Counted from the first letter of the whole stretch, positions 38,871 through 52,361 are shown. The stretch is 62,899 nt of DNA, filler included, from Basidioascus undulatus (GCA_000826855.1; 8 parts of 8 records of this genome joined end to end with filler, not necessarily neighbours in it); one strand, 5' to 3'. Translations and numbers: made by a program. Notes: generated by a model not told the origin, from the letters alone.

Positions 38871-39261
38871 TCCGCAGTGGAATCGAGATAACGAGCTTTG
38901 TACTCATCGGATGCCGCGATGGCGAGCGAGCTCTGCTGGTTTGTCGCAGAAGAGCGGAAAATGTTGCCATTCAGCATAGGTCCACAGCTTCTTACATGAA
39001 AGAAAGGTCTGGAATTTAATCTAGTAGTAGCACCATCCACCGCTTCGAATGGTACATGCAGGTAAACGATGCTCGGCTGACACGGATGAACGGTCAAAAC
39101 TGCACAAACTCTCACTTCACCCACCACCCGTTGACAAACAGGCTTTATGTACAAGGTCAAAGAACAATGAGGCGCGTCCGTTTATCAGTGTGCTCCCGGG
39201 GGAGACGCCCAAGAGTCTCCGGCATCTCAGCTAGACATGGGTCAAGAAAGTCAATCTTGAC

Positions 39262-40134
39262 CTGAGGCGGGTCAAGTGTGTAGCCGTGAATGCCAAGCTG
39301 GGTAACGTAGATGTCAGTAGCCCAGCATCCAAGCGCATAGAGATTATCTGCGTTGAAGTATTTGAGAGCGGGAATGAATACAACTGTAGTAAAAGAAGGA
39401 CGTACGCAGGGCGATGAGGAGCTTGATGCCTGCGCCCCGCCCCAAAAATGAGCATCTTGTGCCCCTCAGGCTGTGTTCCGAATCATGACTGCAAGAGGGC
39501 CCACTATACTGAGACGCTTCGAACATCAGCTCTTCGGTTTGTTCTGAAGGGGGAAACATGCATGTGAGCATGTGGTTCTGGGACGCTGCGCAAGTGCAGA
39601 ACGTTACCCAGGATGGTGTCGTTGTACGTGCCAGATGTAATCGACCTCGACGTCGTGTACGGACGCAGATGCGCTCTTCTTCTCGGACCCCTGCTGTTCG
39701 CGTGATGTTTTCCCGTGCTTGAGCAACGGCCTCCCATAATGGAACATGCCAGTAGGACGGTGCTAGCTCACCGATGAAAATGCGCAGAACTTGCATCCCA
39801 GCATCGGAGAACCTACAGCGAAAAATGAATCTGGTTTAGTTTGAAATTCGTGAAAGATTTCGGCAAAGGCGGCCTACCTGTCTTCCGGCGGAAGCACGTA
39901 CATGAAGTAGCTGTTGCCGCCTGCAGTTGAAGAATGGATGTCGGGCAGTGATTAGAACAAGCGTTTAATGCGTCAATCCTCTTTCTTGCACGGAAAGTCT
40001 ATTGTTGCCCACTGCGTCAGGCTTCTCACCTATCCAATAGAGTCGATATCCCTCGCTGAGAGGTGTGTGGCGGTCGAAGCCGACGTAGCTGCTGCCAGCG
40101 CAGCGACCAAGGGAGGGATGAAAGAGAACCGCAT
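39262..40134 (-). pseudogene. Secreted glycoside hydrolase family 5 gene, 5' fragment with frameshifts
   Basis: Signal peptide MRFSFIPPLVAALAAA; GGNSYFMYVLPPEDR; DAGMQVLRIFI; SVHDVEV[frameshift]GTYNDTIL; ELMFEASQY|GIKLLIAL; NLYALGCWATDIYV. No catalytic NEP region was found downstream. Confidence 0.65.
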
Positions 40135-41418
40135 CGCGTTGAAAGTGAGTTGCTGGAAAGTGAACGCTGTTTCCGAGAAGGTGGGAGCCTTATACCATGA
40201 GTTCCGGCCTTCCAGAAGCATTGAAGTACCTCATTCGTTGTGAAAACGGGGTGTGGCGGCAACGACGCGAGGCGGAAGACACAAGGCACAGAACAATGTG
40301 CGCGGGGAGGGAGCCGGAGGACGGGAGGAAAGGTACTGCTCGGGGTTTTGGGGACCAGGGATGAAGAGAGCAACCCTACGTCTGTTCATGTGTTTTCTTG
40401 CTTGGAGGCGGCCTGGGCGTTTCGAGGTGTGTCGCCCAATGTCGCCAGAAGATCAACGACGGGGGGACCGACTCCGCTGAGGATCAACCGTTGCACTGAA
40501 ATGCGTTCGACTGTGACGCTTGACGTCTCCCATCAGCGTCTTCTGAGACATTCTTTACCACAGTCTGCAATAATACCCAAGCTTACCAGAAAAACCACTT
40601 TCGACAGTGCTCAAAGCTTCTCTGAAAGGCAAGAGCGACAACTAGCAACGAACCATCGCAATGCTCAGCCCACTCGATGTTGGCGAGCATGCAACACGCC
40701 GGACCCTTTGAGACTGTTCTTCTCTGAAGCCGGACATACTCAAAGGCCGGGGTAGCTACAGAGCGCAGACACACCGAACGCGAGCCTCGACGGCGCGCCG
40801 ACTTCCCTTCACCGACGCCATCCGCGGCCGCTCTGAAGGCTGAAGCTGGCTTCCTTCAGGCACAGTGTGCAAACCACTTGCAGCTCTTCCAAACTTGGTT
40901 ATTCGAAGCAAACAGGTCTGAAGCGACCCCGAAACGCGATACTGAGATCGATCGAAGGCAGGCATACTGCCGCAAGACGCCCCCCCCCCTTTACCCAACC
41001 CCAACCCCCATCTCCGTAACCGCCTCAAGATGATCTTCAGGCGAAGCGTATGGACCCACATCCAAGGACAGCGGGTCAAGCAGAGCTCGAAGCGCTATGC
41101 AAATGCTTTTCGTGGGCAGAGTGTACTAAACTAGTTGGATATGTTGGGTGGGGGTGATGCGAACGAAGTCGACTGAACTCGAATAGCGAAAGAAAGGAGA
41201 AAGATGCGCGTATGCGTTGGGTGTATGGAGCAATGTGGGTGATGGTGTGGATGGGTATGTGTGACAAGAAGCAGCGAAAGCCGGGGAAGAGGGCGAGGGA
41301 GATGCGGGGCATGCGTATGTGGGTGGGTGGTCTAGGAGCACTGGGGTATGTGAACGATCAAAAGATCAAGAAAGAAAGAAAGAAAAGACGAAGCAGCGTA
41401 AGAGGAACCTACTCTACG

Positions 41419-41760
41419 CTACGCGAGGCTCACGAGGGGCCTGAATGCGCTCACCCATTCGCCCACCTTCTCCAGCTCCCTCTCAAACCCGCTCACCTCC
41501 TCCCTGACAACTTCCTGCACCCTCCTCCTCCCCGTCCCCTCCTCCCCTTCCCCGAACTCCCGCACAAGCAACCACCCCCGCGCCCTCTCCCACTGCTCCT
41601 CCTCGCCTCTCCACCCGCCCAGCACGGCTTTCACGCTCCGGATGCGCCGCCCCCCGTCTGTCAGGCGCGCCGCACGGATCTGCGCTTGCTCGGAGATGGA
41701 GGAGAGGGAGTGGAGTAGCGCGGTTGTGAGCGTGTGCAGCGGCGGGGAGAGCGGGGACTA
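41419..41760 (-). CDS. Hypothetical fungal coiled-coil protein, last exon only
   Basis: LHSLSSISEQAQIRAARLTDGGRRIRSVKAVLGGWRGEEEQWERARGWL...EEVSGFEREL...LA*. Confidence 0.5.
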
Positions 41761-41803
41761 TGAGCAGGAACAAAGAGGGAGGTTAAAGGGAAGGGCATGG
41801 CGT

Positions 41804-41903
41804 NNNNNNNNNNNNNNNNNNNNNNNNNNNNNNNNNNNNNNNNNNNNTTAATTAATTAANNNNNNNNNNNNNNNNNNNNNNNNNNNNNNNNNNNNNNNNN
41901 NNN
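41804..41903. other. Artificial contig linker
   Basis: N44-TTAATTAATTAA-N44. Confidence 0.99.
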
Positions 41904-42668
41904 TGCCCTGCCCGCGCCAGCCCGCGGTGGGGGGTGCCGCCGCCGCCCGTGCTGGATGGGTCGACGCTTTCGCCTGAAGTGCGCTCGTCGGTAGGTAACA
42001 AGCCGTCCAGCTGCTGGTGTTGGATTCTTTTTCTTCTTCGCAGTTTGTACTACCTTCTCTTTCTCGTTCTTTTGCCGCTTTAGTTGCCTTTTCTACGCTC
42101 GCTTCGTTGTTGTCTGATACCCCTATGAGCATCGCATTGCATCTTGCTGATTGGGCTGCTCGACGTCTGAACTGTGCGATGCCCAAGCATCCAAGTGCCT
42201 GAACGCGACCAAAGATTTCCGATCCATTTCGCGTTGAGGGAGATTCTCGAGGTGACCGGTTCTGTTGTATTTGTTGACCTTGAAGTGTTCTGATTGGAAA
42301 GAAAGGGATTGAAACGGCGCTAGTTGAAGCATGACGAAGTGAGCGATCGCGAAGGCAACGTTACGTTTCAGAACGCGCCCTTGCCGCGCAGGAGGTCGCC
42401 TTGGGTCGCCAGGCGCTGGACAACTTGGACTCTGCTCACGCCCACTGCGGCAGCTCGATCTTTTGGGCTCGACGACCTTCACGCTTCCTTTTTTAAGACG
42501 ACGATCTAGAGCAGACTTACACGACACTCGATACGGCGTGCCAGCTCACGACTCACGACTCTCCTCCTCGCTATCCGCGGGCTTGTCGAGCCCACAGCTC
42601 GTTCAGTGACCCCGCGCGCCCGCTCCCCCTCTCCCTTCCCCCACGCTGGCACCCCCGGCGTAACCGCG

Positions 42669-45600
42669 ATGGACTCGCTGTTCCGGTCGACTAAGAAAAA
42701 GTCGCGGCAGCAGCGGCAGTCGACGGACCCCGCCGAGGGCTCGGTGCCGTACGACCGCCTCGACCCGGCGACGCGCTCGCCCATCCCCGTCCACACCATC
42801 TCCTCCCGTGGCTCCTCTGCCAGCGTCGCGCCCTCCTTCATCTCCGCGCCCAACACGAACCCAACCCTCAGCGCGTCCGGCACCGACGTCAACCTCCACA
42901 CCCTCGGGGCAAGCGCGCGCGGGAGCGCAGGCTCCAGCAGCCACCACCGCCGCACGGCGGGCGGCGGAAGCGAGGACAGCGGCGATGGGAGAACGACGGT
43001 GCGCAGCCCGACGGTGAGCAGCTTTGGGAGCACGGGAGGGAGGAGGTCCCCTTACCATTCTGGCGCGGGCGCGGGCGGCGGCGGGCCGGAGGACCCCCCC
43101 GGCCGGATGGGCCCGCCGCAGGGGGGCGGCGTGTCCGCAACGCTCGCGTCGGGGGGTCGAAGACCCTCGCGCAATCCTGCACCGCCGTCATCCGACACCG
43201 CCTCGGTGCGCTCTGCACGCTCGTCCCAGTTCTCCTTCGCAACGTCCGAGCTGGCACAGCGCGCGCTCGCGGACTTTGGGCTCTCCCCCTCCGGCACACC
43301 ACCCACGACCGCCTCCGCCTCGCATCGCTCCTTCGGGTCCTCCTCCACGCTCTCCCATCACCGCAGCGGCGGCGGTGGCGCGGCGGTGAACGACGTTGCC
43401 TCGCTGTCGTCGGAGGAGGTCGAGGCGCGCTTCGAGCGCCTTGTCGCGAGCGTGACGCAGGGCGGCGGCGACGCGGCCAAGCTCCGCGCCGTCTCGCTCG
43501 AGAACAAGCGCGCTATGCTCCAGAGCTACAACGTCCAGCAGAAGCAGGCCGTCGAGGGCAGCCGAGCCGGACACTCCCCCGAGTGGTACATCCGCAAGTT
43601 CGTCAGCGGGACGGTCGTGCATACGGATGTCGGGCACTTGGCGGTTAGCTTGCGGACGATGCCGATCGAGTGAGTTGGTTTTCAGATTTGGGATGTATTG
43701 GAATGTGGCGGGTGATTGGGGCTGGTTGGATGTGGCGCTGTGATGGGGTGCTGACTGCTGCCCGTTTCACTTCGTCGCAGATGGCTACGGGAGTTCATCC
43801 AGTGCAAGGGGCCTCATGTTCTTGCAACTGCATTAGAGAAGATCAACCACCGGACAGTACGGTACGCCATGGGTTTCTTGTGTGGCCACGCATGCTGCAG
43901 CTCATCCTACTTTCCTGCACGCAGACGAGAAGGCGACGCTGCGCTCGAGTCAGAGATCCTGAAGTGTTTCCGCCATGTCCTCAACCATACTGTAAGTCTC
44001 AAAGTTTGATTGTGTTAAGAGGAACACTCCGCTGACAGAGTCGATGCAGCTCGGCGCGACAGATGTCACGTCTCAGCCCGACGCAGTCTACGCCATAGCC
44101 GCGTCGATCCTCAGCCCCCAGCTCCTGACGCGCAAGCAGGCGGCCGAGATCCTCGTCTTCCTCTCGTCATGGGAGAAGCCGCACGGGCACCACCTCGTCA
44201 TGACCGCCTTCGACAAGCTCGCCGAGCAGTGGAACGACCCGGCGCGCTTCGACCCGTGGCTCAAGGCGTTCGAGAGCACGATCGACGGCCGCGGACGCAT
44301 GGGCAGCATGGTCGGCGCGAGCGAGGAGCTGCGCAAGGCGGTCACGGCGGAGCAGTCACTCATCGACTATGCGGTGCGTGCTGCTTGGATGCGGCTGTCT
44401 TTGTTCTGCACTGAAATTTTACTAACGCGACGCGCTCTTTTTTGCTTCACAGGCCATAAATCTCATGCTCGTCAACCAGATCCTGGACCTCGACGACTCG
44501 GATGTCCGTGTGCACCTTCGCACGCAGCTCGAGGCGTCCGGCATCAAGCGGATCTTCGAGAAGCTCCGGACGCTACGGAGCCCGAAGCTGGAGGACATGA
44601 TGGTCACGTACGAGGAGTACGCGGAGGACGACTTCGAGTTCCTCGTGCAGTCGCAGCGCGCGCAGCTGCTCAAGGACCTTCGAGATCCAGAGGACGTCTT
44701 CCGCGCGATCCTCGCGCAGGTCGAGGGCTCGCGGGCCGCTGACTTCTTTCTCGCGCTCCTTCAGCACCTCCTCCTCCTCCCGACCGACTCGGAGCTCCGC
44801 ACGCGCTACCTCCAGCTCATCGACAGCCTCGTCGCGGGCGTCGTTCTCGACCGCAAGGGCGTCACGAACGACTTTTCGTCCCTCGCCAATGTCTCGGTCA
44901 GCAGCGTCATCTCGCGCTTCGCTGACCAAGACCGGCTCCAGAAGCTCGAAGAGCAGCTCGAGGCCGAACGCGGCACGACGTACAAGCTCCGGCGCCAGAA
45001 CGAGGAACTCCTCGCCGAGCTGCCCTCCGCCGCGGGCGGCGGCGGCGCGGACGCAGGCGCGGTCGTGGCGCTCAAGGCGAAGCTGAAGGAGACGGAGGAG
45101 GCGCTCCACATCTCGCGCAGCGCGACGATCACCGTGCAGAGCAAGATGGACGACATGGAGGCCGAGCTCAACAAAAAGATCGCCGAGCTCGAGTACCTCG
45201 TCCGCGAGCTGTTCGCCATGCTCAAGCAGCTCGGCGGGTTCGAGGGCTTCCTCTCCGCCAGCGACGTGGCCACGGACACCAACCATCTCGAGCGCGCAGA
45301 GCTCGTCGCCGATCTCGAGCGCCGACTCGCTCGGCAAAAGACCGTCCGCAAGCTCGAGGGGCTCGGCGACGGTGCCGCTGCCTCGGGTAGGTCGCCGCCG
45401 CTCCCGAACGACCTCCCTTCGTCCGCATCCGATCCGTCCGGTCTCACTGACGCCGCCGAGATGGACGCGCGCTCAGCTGCTGCGGGCGGAAAGGGCGGGA
45501 AAGGCGGGAAAGGCCACGATCGCGCGCAAAGCCTCGGGCGATCGTCGCAGTTCATGGACGCGGAGGACGAGCGGGTCCGGCAGCACATCGAAGACTCGCT

Positions 45601-46400
45601 CGCGACGGGCGTGCGACAGCTCTACCCCGTGCGCCCGAATGGCGTCGACCGCGCCAGAGTACCTTCACCTCGCTCCATCCGCTCGCGCGACCTCGTTCCG
45701 CACGGCGACGACGACCCTTCCCATCGCCGAGCGCTCGTCCGACCTCAGCTTCGCGCGTCCATCGGAGGTCCGACCTCGTCCAGAAGTCCCACACCCGGCG
45801 CGGCTGGCTCAGCGGACAGCCTCAGCCCGAGCGCGCCGGGCACGCCGACCGCGGGGCTTCGCTCGTCGAAGCGGCTTCCGAGTGGGCTCGGTCCAGGGCG
45901 CAACCTCAGCCTGCTGGTGGAGATCCGGAACCGGGGGAAGCGCACGCCGTCGGGGACGCTGCTCAACTCGGACGGCGTGCCCATAGACGAGGATGCGCCC
46001 TTGCCACAGGTCGACGAGGAGACGGGCTCGGATGACGGCGCGAGCGAGGCAACGCGCATGCGCGGCAGCGGGTTCACCGCACGCAGCGACGACACGCAGG
46101 TCACGAGCGTCGCGTCTGTGGACCTCGCTAGTCGCGGCGTCAACAGCTTCGAAGCAATGCTGCAGCAGAAGGCGAAGGCGCTGCGCCGCGCTGGGGAGAC
46201 TGACGATGACGTGCCGTCGAGCGGCCAGGTCTCCCCACCGCTGCCGACCCTCGCGGAAGAGGCAACACCGTCATCCGCTGCTCCCCCGCCGCCACCGCCA
46301 CCACCTCCCCCTCCTCCATCGATCGCTGGCGTCAACGGCGGCTTCCCCCTTTCCCGTCCTTCCTCCCCTTCCCCTGCCCCTCCGTCGTCCCTTCTCTCGT
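42669..46400 (+). CDS. Diaphanous-related formin (SepA/Bni1-type): GBD/FH3, coiled coil and start of FH1; FH2 absent
   Basis: SPEWYIRKF...LAVSLRTMPIE|WLREFIQCKG; FESTIDGRGRMGSMVGASEE; RVHLRTQLEASGIKRIFEKL; LLQHLLLL...RYLQLIDSLV; polyproline at ~46283-46320. Confidence 0.9.
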
Positions 46401-46554
46401 ATGTGGCGTGCTGCGAGATGTGCACCCGTTGCTAGCGCTTATATGTCATGACCGCTTCGCTGCAACTGCGTTTGGAAGTGCAACAGAATTGGGAATGAAA
46501 ACCCTAGAAGGTCTTCACCGTCTGACGCTTCCTTCTCCTTCCTTTCCTTCGCAG

Positions 46555-46999
46555 ATCTCCGCCATCCTCACTCGCGCGATCCCGCTCATGATCAACAGAT
46601 TTGCAAACTTCCTCGTCCAGGTTGCCTTGGAGTTCGGCACCCCCGCGCAGAAGGCCCAGCTCGTCGGAGCGATGGCGTGCGTCCCGCCTACTCTCCCTCT
46701 TCCCCCTCTCCTCTCCTCCCCCAGCCCCTCCTGGCATTCTCCAACCGCCTGTTGGAGCTCACGAAGGCATGATGGACAACCAGCGGCAACGTCCCCGCCC
46801 TCGCCCTCTCCCCTTACGGGACGCACGTCCTCCAGAAAGCGCTGGACGTGTGCGGGGAGGAGCTCAAGGTCCGTTCTCTGAAGCTTGTGCCTCCCGACTC
46901 TGTGCAGGTTGGGCAGAGCTCAGTTTGAGGTGCGGGGGACAGGCGGCGATTGTGGCGGAGCTGCTGGAGGGCGATGTGGCGAAGAGTTTGGTGCAAAAG
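46555..46999 (+). CDS. Pumilio/PUF-repeat RNA-binding protein, internal exons
   Basis: AIPLMINRFANFLVQVALEFGTPAQKAQLVGAMA|GNVPALALSPYGTHVLQKALDVCGEELK|AAIVAELL. NxxxQ/THxxQ Pum recognition helices are present and the introns are phase-compatible. Confidence 0.85.
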
Positions 47000-47083
47000 G
47001 TGGGTTGTCGGTTGTTGTTGTCCTCTTCGGTTTGTGACAGGGTGAAAGGGAGACTGTGTTCTGATGCAAGGGGTTGGGGGGGG

Positions 47084-47183
47084 NNNNNNNNNNNNNNNNN
47101 NNNNNNNNNNNNNNNNNNNNNNNNNNNTTAATTAATTAANNNNNNNNNNNNNNNNNNNNNNNNNNNNNNNNNNNNNNNNNNNN
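47084..47183. other. Artificial contig linker
   Basis: N44-TTAATTAATTAA-N44. Confidence 0.99.
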
Positions 47184-47899
47184 GGCGCACCCCCTCGACG
47201 TCCTCCTCCTCCGCCTCCGTCTCCTCCACCTCCTCCTCGTCCCACAGCGCCTCTCCCCAGCCGAAGCCCAAGCCGAAGCCAACCAGACGCCAGCGGCTAG
47301 CGGCTGAGGCGGCGGCGCGGGAGCGCGAGGCCCGAAGCCATCGCCATCCGGCCGACGCGCTGGCTCCCCCGCGTGCGCGCGGGTTCGAGGAGACGGCTCA
47401 GAGCCAGATAGCGTGGATGGTCGGTGGGGGGGCGGTGGTGAAGGTTGCAGAGGAGGAAGAGGAGGAGAAAGTGGGCGTGGTCTGTGAGGCGATGATCGGC
47501 AAGGGAGAAGGGGAGCGGGATCCAATTCGGTGCGTCTCCATTTCTTCCTTACTTCCTTCTGCTCGACCTGCTCACCTCGCCCGTTGCCACTCAGCGAAGA
47601 TCCCATAGCGCCGTCTTCCGCTCCCATTCTCCAAAAGCGCAACTCCTCCCTCCTCCCCGTCGATCCGGCAAACCTCTTCCCCCTCCCATCCACCGCTTCC
47701 CCCGACCTCGCCGCCGGAAAGTCGCGAAGTTCAGAAGACCACCGCTCGCGCCGCGGACGGCGAAAACACACTCTCCGACCCCTTTCTCAGCCACTCCCTA
47801 CTGTCCCCGAGGACGAGGACGCCATCCCTCCTTTACCTTCCCCCCAGTCCTCGTTATTCGATGCCTCTACCATCTCCGACGCTGCGCCTTCACCTGGTC

Positions 47900-48928
47900 C
47901 ACTGTATTCTTCGCTGCCGAATGTGAACATCGAAACTTAATTACGTTCTGGCTATACGTATACCGCATTTTGTACCACGCCCTTGATTATTCGCATGACA
48001 TTCACACTTTCCTCAGATACGCACGCTGTGAGCTCGCAGAAGCGCTTGTCGACCGGATTACTTCCAGCCCTTTCTACACTTCGCTTCAAACTTCGATTGT
48101 CGGGAGACCTTTGCTTCAAACCAGAGAGAGCCCCTCTTTACCTCAGTCATTGCACGTCTCGTTTCGACTAACTTGGCCGCATCGCTGCGGGATCTCACTG
48201 TTGAGTTTGTCTGCTCTCCCGATGTCGCCGCACCGCATCTTTCTTCCCTTCGGTCTTCAATCCGTATCCTTGACATTCGTTCTCCCCCCGGCACTCATCA
48301 TGTGGACGGACGTGCTTTACTTGACCATCCGTGTCTGATATCTTGCCGCTACACCGATTGTGCGTTCCACCCCTCTCACGCTCAATTGGATCGCCGCCGA
48401 AGTGCTCATTCCACTCTCACGTGCGAGCATGCCCTGCCGAAGTCAATCCATTTCGACTATCTGCACTCAACTCTGAATGGACACACCCTCGCCGCCGTCG
48501 GACATGGCTTGACGGACCTGTTCCTGGACTCCGAGTGGTCGTCCGCATCCCTTCTTCCTCTGGCAGAAACCTGTCCATCTCTTCGTTTGTTCTGTCTGTC
48601 CAGTTCCGTCCACTCCCTCCCAACGCTCGCCCATCCGGTTCTCAAGACTATCGAGATGCCTCGGCTTCGCAGAGACACCCTGTCCATGAACCCCTCATGC
48701 AGACGCTCGATCTCTCCCATCTTCTTTGGCCCAAGTCCCTCTCGGGACAATTTCACAAGACACTGCTCTATCTGCATCAATTCTTCTCCTGCTGATGATG
48801 TTGATCTTTGCGGGAACCTGAAGAGACGGGCGGAAGACATGAGGCTTCTGAACGAACTCGCTGCGGCTTGCGTTGAGCGGGAGCTGGTCAAGGGCACATG
48901 CGTTATGATTCTAGACGGTCTGGAGTAA
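47900..48928 (+). pseudogene. F-box/LRR-like hypothetical gene, apparently disrupted
   Basis: LRR-like pieces (SLRDLTVEF, SSLRSSIRILDIR, GHGLTDLFLD, ETCPSLRLFCL) are distributed across frames. Confidence 0.4.
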
Positions 48929-50503
48929 ATAGAGGAGAAACGGGACGCCTGCGCTTGCTTTGCACTGTCTCTACTATCGTAGGCGAGTGCTTGAAGCTGG
49001 TGGGTGGGTTCGGTTGCCGTACAGCTCCATACTCTAATATCCCCGATCCAAGGGGGAAAACATCCTTCTTCCAAGTTCTGAAGAGCCGGAAAATGGTCAT
49101 GAATGGGCCTTTGCGGAGAGGGCAGCGAAGGTCTTCAGGTGCAACGATGCGTTGTCTCTTGCTGTCTTCCAGTGCGCCGCAAATTGTTTTCTCAAGACGT
49201 CACCAGGGCCTGCAGCAGATGTACAGTTAATTCGCTTTTCTTACCAGGTAAAAGGCGTAATTGCGGTGTCAGTCCGCGTTCAGCACATTCCAGTCCTCCA
49301 GCACCCGCATCCGCACCCGCAATCAATCGCCACTAGCTCGCCTACCTGCGACGCTCAAGACCGTTTTATATCATAGACTGCTAGGTGTTCCCCAACGACA
49401 CCCGTGCATCCTCCGGATTGCACGGGCGCCCAGCCCTGCTGTTCTCCCTCAATGTAAGGCCTCTCACCTTCATTCACCCCCTCCTTCAATTCTGCTATCC
49501 TCCTATCCTAGTGTCTTAGTATCCTTCTAATCTCTCAACTCTCCTCTTTTCACTGGCTTATACCTAGGGCAGACTTCTCCGAACTGCTCTGCGGAACCTC
49601 AAGCTTACATCCGCCCTCCCACAGAGGCTCATTAACTGTAGCTTCATCCGAGGCTACTCGAAAGGGATTTGACAAGTCCTTTTTTCATTAGTTTTGTAAC
49701 CGTACCCGGGTGGATGAGATCTCGGAGACTTTTTCGGTTGCAGGTGCTCTTGCTCACCCTGGCAACACCTCGCACAGGCACCCAAGCTCACGTCTGGTAT
49801 GCGTGAAAGCAGATCATGCAGGGGGTTACATGTTACAAATATTGTGTTTGAGGACCCGGTATACTGTCAATCGATGTCCACCATGAAAGTTTCAGGCCGA
49901 GATATTTGGGAACGCCACTGTCGACTTTGTTTCGCGGTTGCTCCTTCCAACAGCAGCATTGGACGCAGGCTCCATGGCTCAGGTGAACATGACATGAGTA
50001 AGACACGGGTGGGTGTTAACCCGCAGAGGCATGTTGCTCTCAATATAGCAAATTGATCTGCCGGGCAAGCACTATTAATGTTATTTCGTGGAACTTTGAG
50101 CTGGTATTTATACCACTGCCGCAACGATCCTGCGGCTGCACGGAGGTGGAATCTCGACGGATTCAGGATGTAGTTTAGGGCCTCCCAGTCCATCGCACGG
50201 AGAGACTTGCTCAAACTTACTACAGCATCTCGGTACATATGGCATGCCCAGCCCTAATGACCGTGGCATGCAGGTCGAAAGAAACGCAGTGCATCCGTGG
50301 TTGATCCGCGGCCTTTCGTGACTACCCAAAGCGTCAAAAAGCGCGATGGCGCTCTGGCGGGGTTTGCAACTGCCCGTCCACGCACGGTGCCCCTCTTCAA
50401 TCGCACATCCCATCGCCTTATTTCTTTCTTTCCACGACGCACGACCCATAGCGTCCACAAAAAGCACAACCGATACCCTTTCACACTCATACCCACACCC
50501 CAG

Positions 50504-52361
50504 ATGGCCACTCTCGAAGCGGTCCATTCCCCGACGACGACGACGACGGTAGACCCGTCGACGGCGCTGCCTGCGATTGATAGGACGGATGCGCTGGCGG
50601 GGCTAGAGGAGCTCATGCGGAGGACCGAGGAGGAGCGGGGGACCGAGCGTCTGGAGGGCGTGACGCAGGATGAGCTGGCTGATGAGGATGCGCAGGTGAG
50701 TTTGGTTGCGGATGTTCGGGTGAGCTGGGAGCAAGATGGTGGGCTCTTGATAGGGAGTTGGGCAGTCTTAAGGACCCCAGAAGCTCTTGGATAAACGAGA
50801 AGGCTGTTTGATCAGGATCTGCGCGGTATTGATCCTAGTCTTGTCCTTTCCCAGACCGACGCGCTCTTCGCGTCGCTCACGACGGTCGAGCACGCCTCGC
50901 TGCTCGCGCTCAACACGCTCCTCTACGCCTCTCTCTCAAGCATCCTGCCCCTCACCACCTCCTGGCAGCACCCCTCGCCCACATCCACGTCCGACGCGCT
51001 CCCCCTCGTGCTCTCCAATGTCCGCACCGCCGCCTCCCTCTCCTCCTCTCTCTCTTCCTCCTCCGCTTCCTCCCACCCGCAAATGTCCGAGCGCCCCGTG
51101 TCCTCCTGTGCCGAAGGCGAGCTCCACCGCGCGGTCGAAGAAGTCGCGTACCTCCTCTCCCCCCCGGACGCGAAGCTCGCCCTCGCCCTCGCGTCCCTCG
51201 TGCACGCGCTCGACCTCCTCGCGCACTCGAACCTCCGCCTCGCATCCACCGCCGCCGCCTCCCCCGCATCCCCGGACGACCCCTTCGCGGATCCCACCGG
51301 GGAAACTGACGTGTACTCGACGCTTCAGCGCCAGCTCGCGGACCTCCAGATCAGGAGGCAGGAGTCGCACGCCCGCCTGTCGCTCCCGCCGCGCGCGCAC
51401 ACGTCCGAAGAACACCTCTGGCAGCGCGTCGATGTCCTCCTCAACACCGTCAGCCTCCTCTGCAGCGAGCGCGCGGTACAGACGCCCCACCCGCGCGAGG
51501 ACGACGAGGTGTCCCTCCCGCCGTCGTACGTGGACGAGGACGAGCAAGTTCCCACGTACCACCTCCCCGCCTCCTCCTCCGCCGCCGCCGCCGAGAAGGA
51601 GAAGGCCCCCGGCGGTGGAGGAGAGCGCACCTCGACCTCGGATGAAACGATGCGGCGCGACCTCGAGTCCGTCACCGCGGCAATCGACCGGCTCATCCGG
51701 GCCGCGCCGCAGCTGGCCGACCAGCGCGTCGAGCTCTCGCGCCGGCAAGTGCGCGACATGGACCTCGCCCGGCTGGAGGGGACGATCGAGCGCCTGAGTG
51801 CGCGACGGCTCGACGACCAGCGCGCGACGGCCAGCCCCGCCCCAACGCTTCGGGCGAAGGGGAAGGAGAGGGCGGAAGTCCACGAGAATGAGATGTTTGA
51901 GCGGATCGAAAAGGCTGCTGGGCGGAGGATGGAGGACCAGCGGGTGGAGATGGGGAGCAGGATGAGGGACGCGCAGAGGGCGGCGGGGAAGAAGGTCCGT
52001 GTTCGGTCATCCTTTACCTTGTTCCCTCCTTATCGCCCTCGCTCTCCTTGGTTGATTGAGGTGGCTGACTAGAGGAGAGGTACAACAGAAGGACGCAGAG
52101 CTTTCGGACATCCTCGCGCGCAACCACGCCGGCCGGCTGACGAGCCAGGAGGCGGTCCTCAACGACCCGCGCATCCAGAACAGCCTGCTCACGCTCGGCG
52201 AGTGCGTCCATTCCCTCATTCCCCTTTCCCCCGCTCCCTCCCCCTTTATTTTTCCCCGACCTTCGTCTTCATTCCAAATGCTCACCCACCTCACCCCCGA
52301 CGTAGGTTCATGTCCGAGCCCCTCTCAGCAAACACCGCATCCACCTCCACGTCCTCCTCGA
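50504..52361 (+). CDS. Basidiomycete HECT-like E2-binding (HECT_2/UBE3D-type) protein, N-terminal part; truncated by gap
   Basis: MRRDLESVTAAIDRLIRAAPQLADQRVEL and repeated RLDDQRA/RMEDQRV/RLTSQEA motifs, which I recall from the N-terminus of this family. The HECT_2 domain itself is not in the window. Confidence 0.6.

Noticed and set aside
44573..46425. Long antisense ORFs over the formin (also over the ATPase, HECT-like and TF genes)
   Set aside because: Shadow ORFs expected from high GC3 codon bias, with no recognisable motifs.
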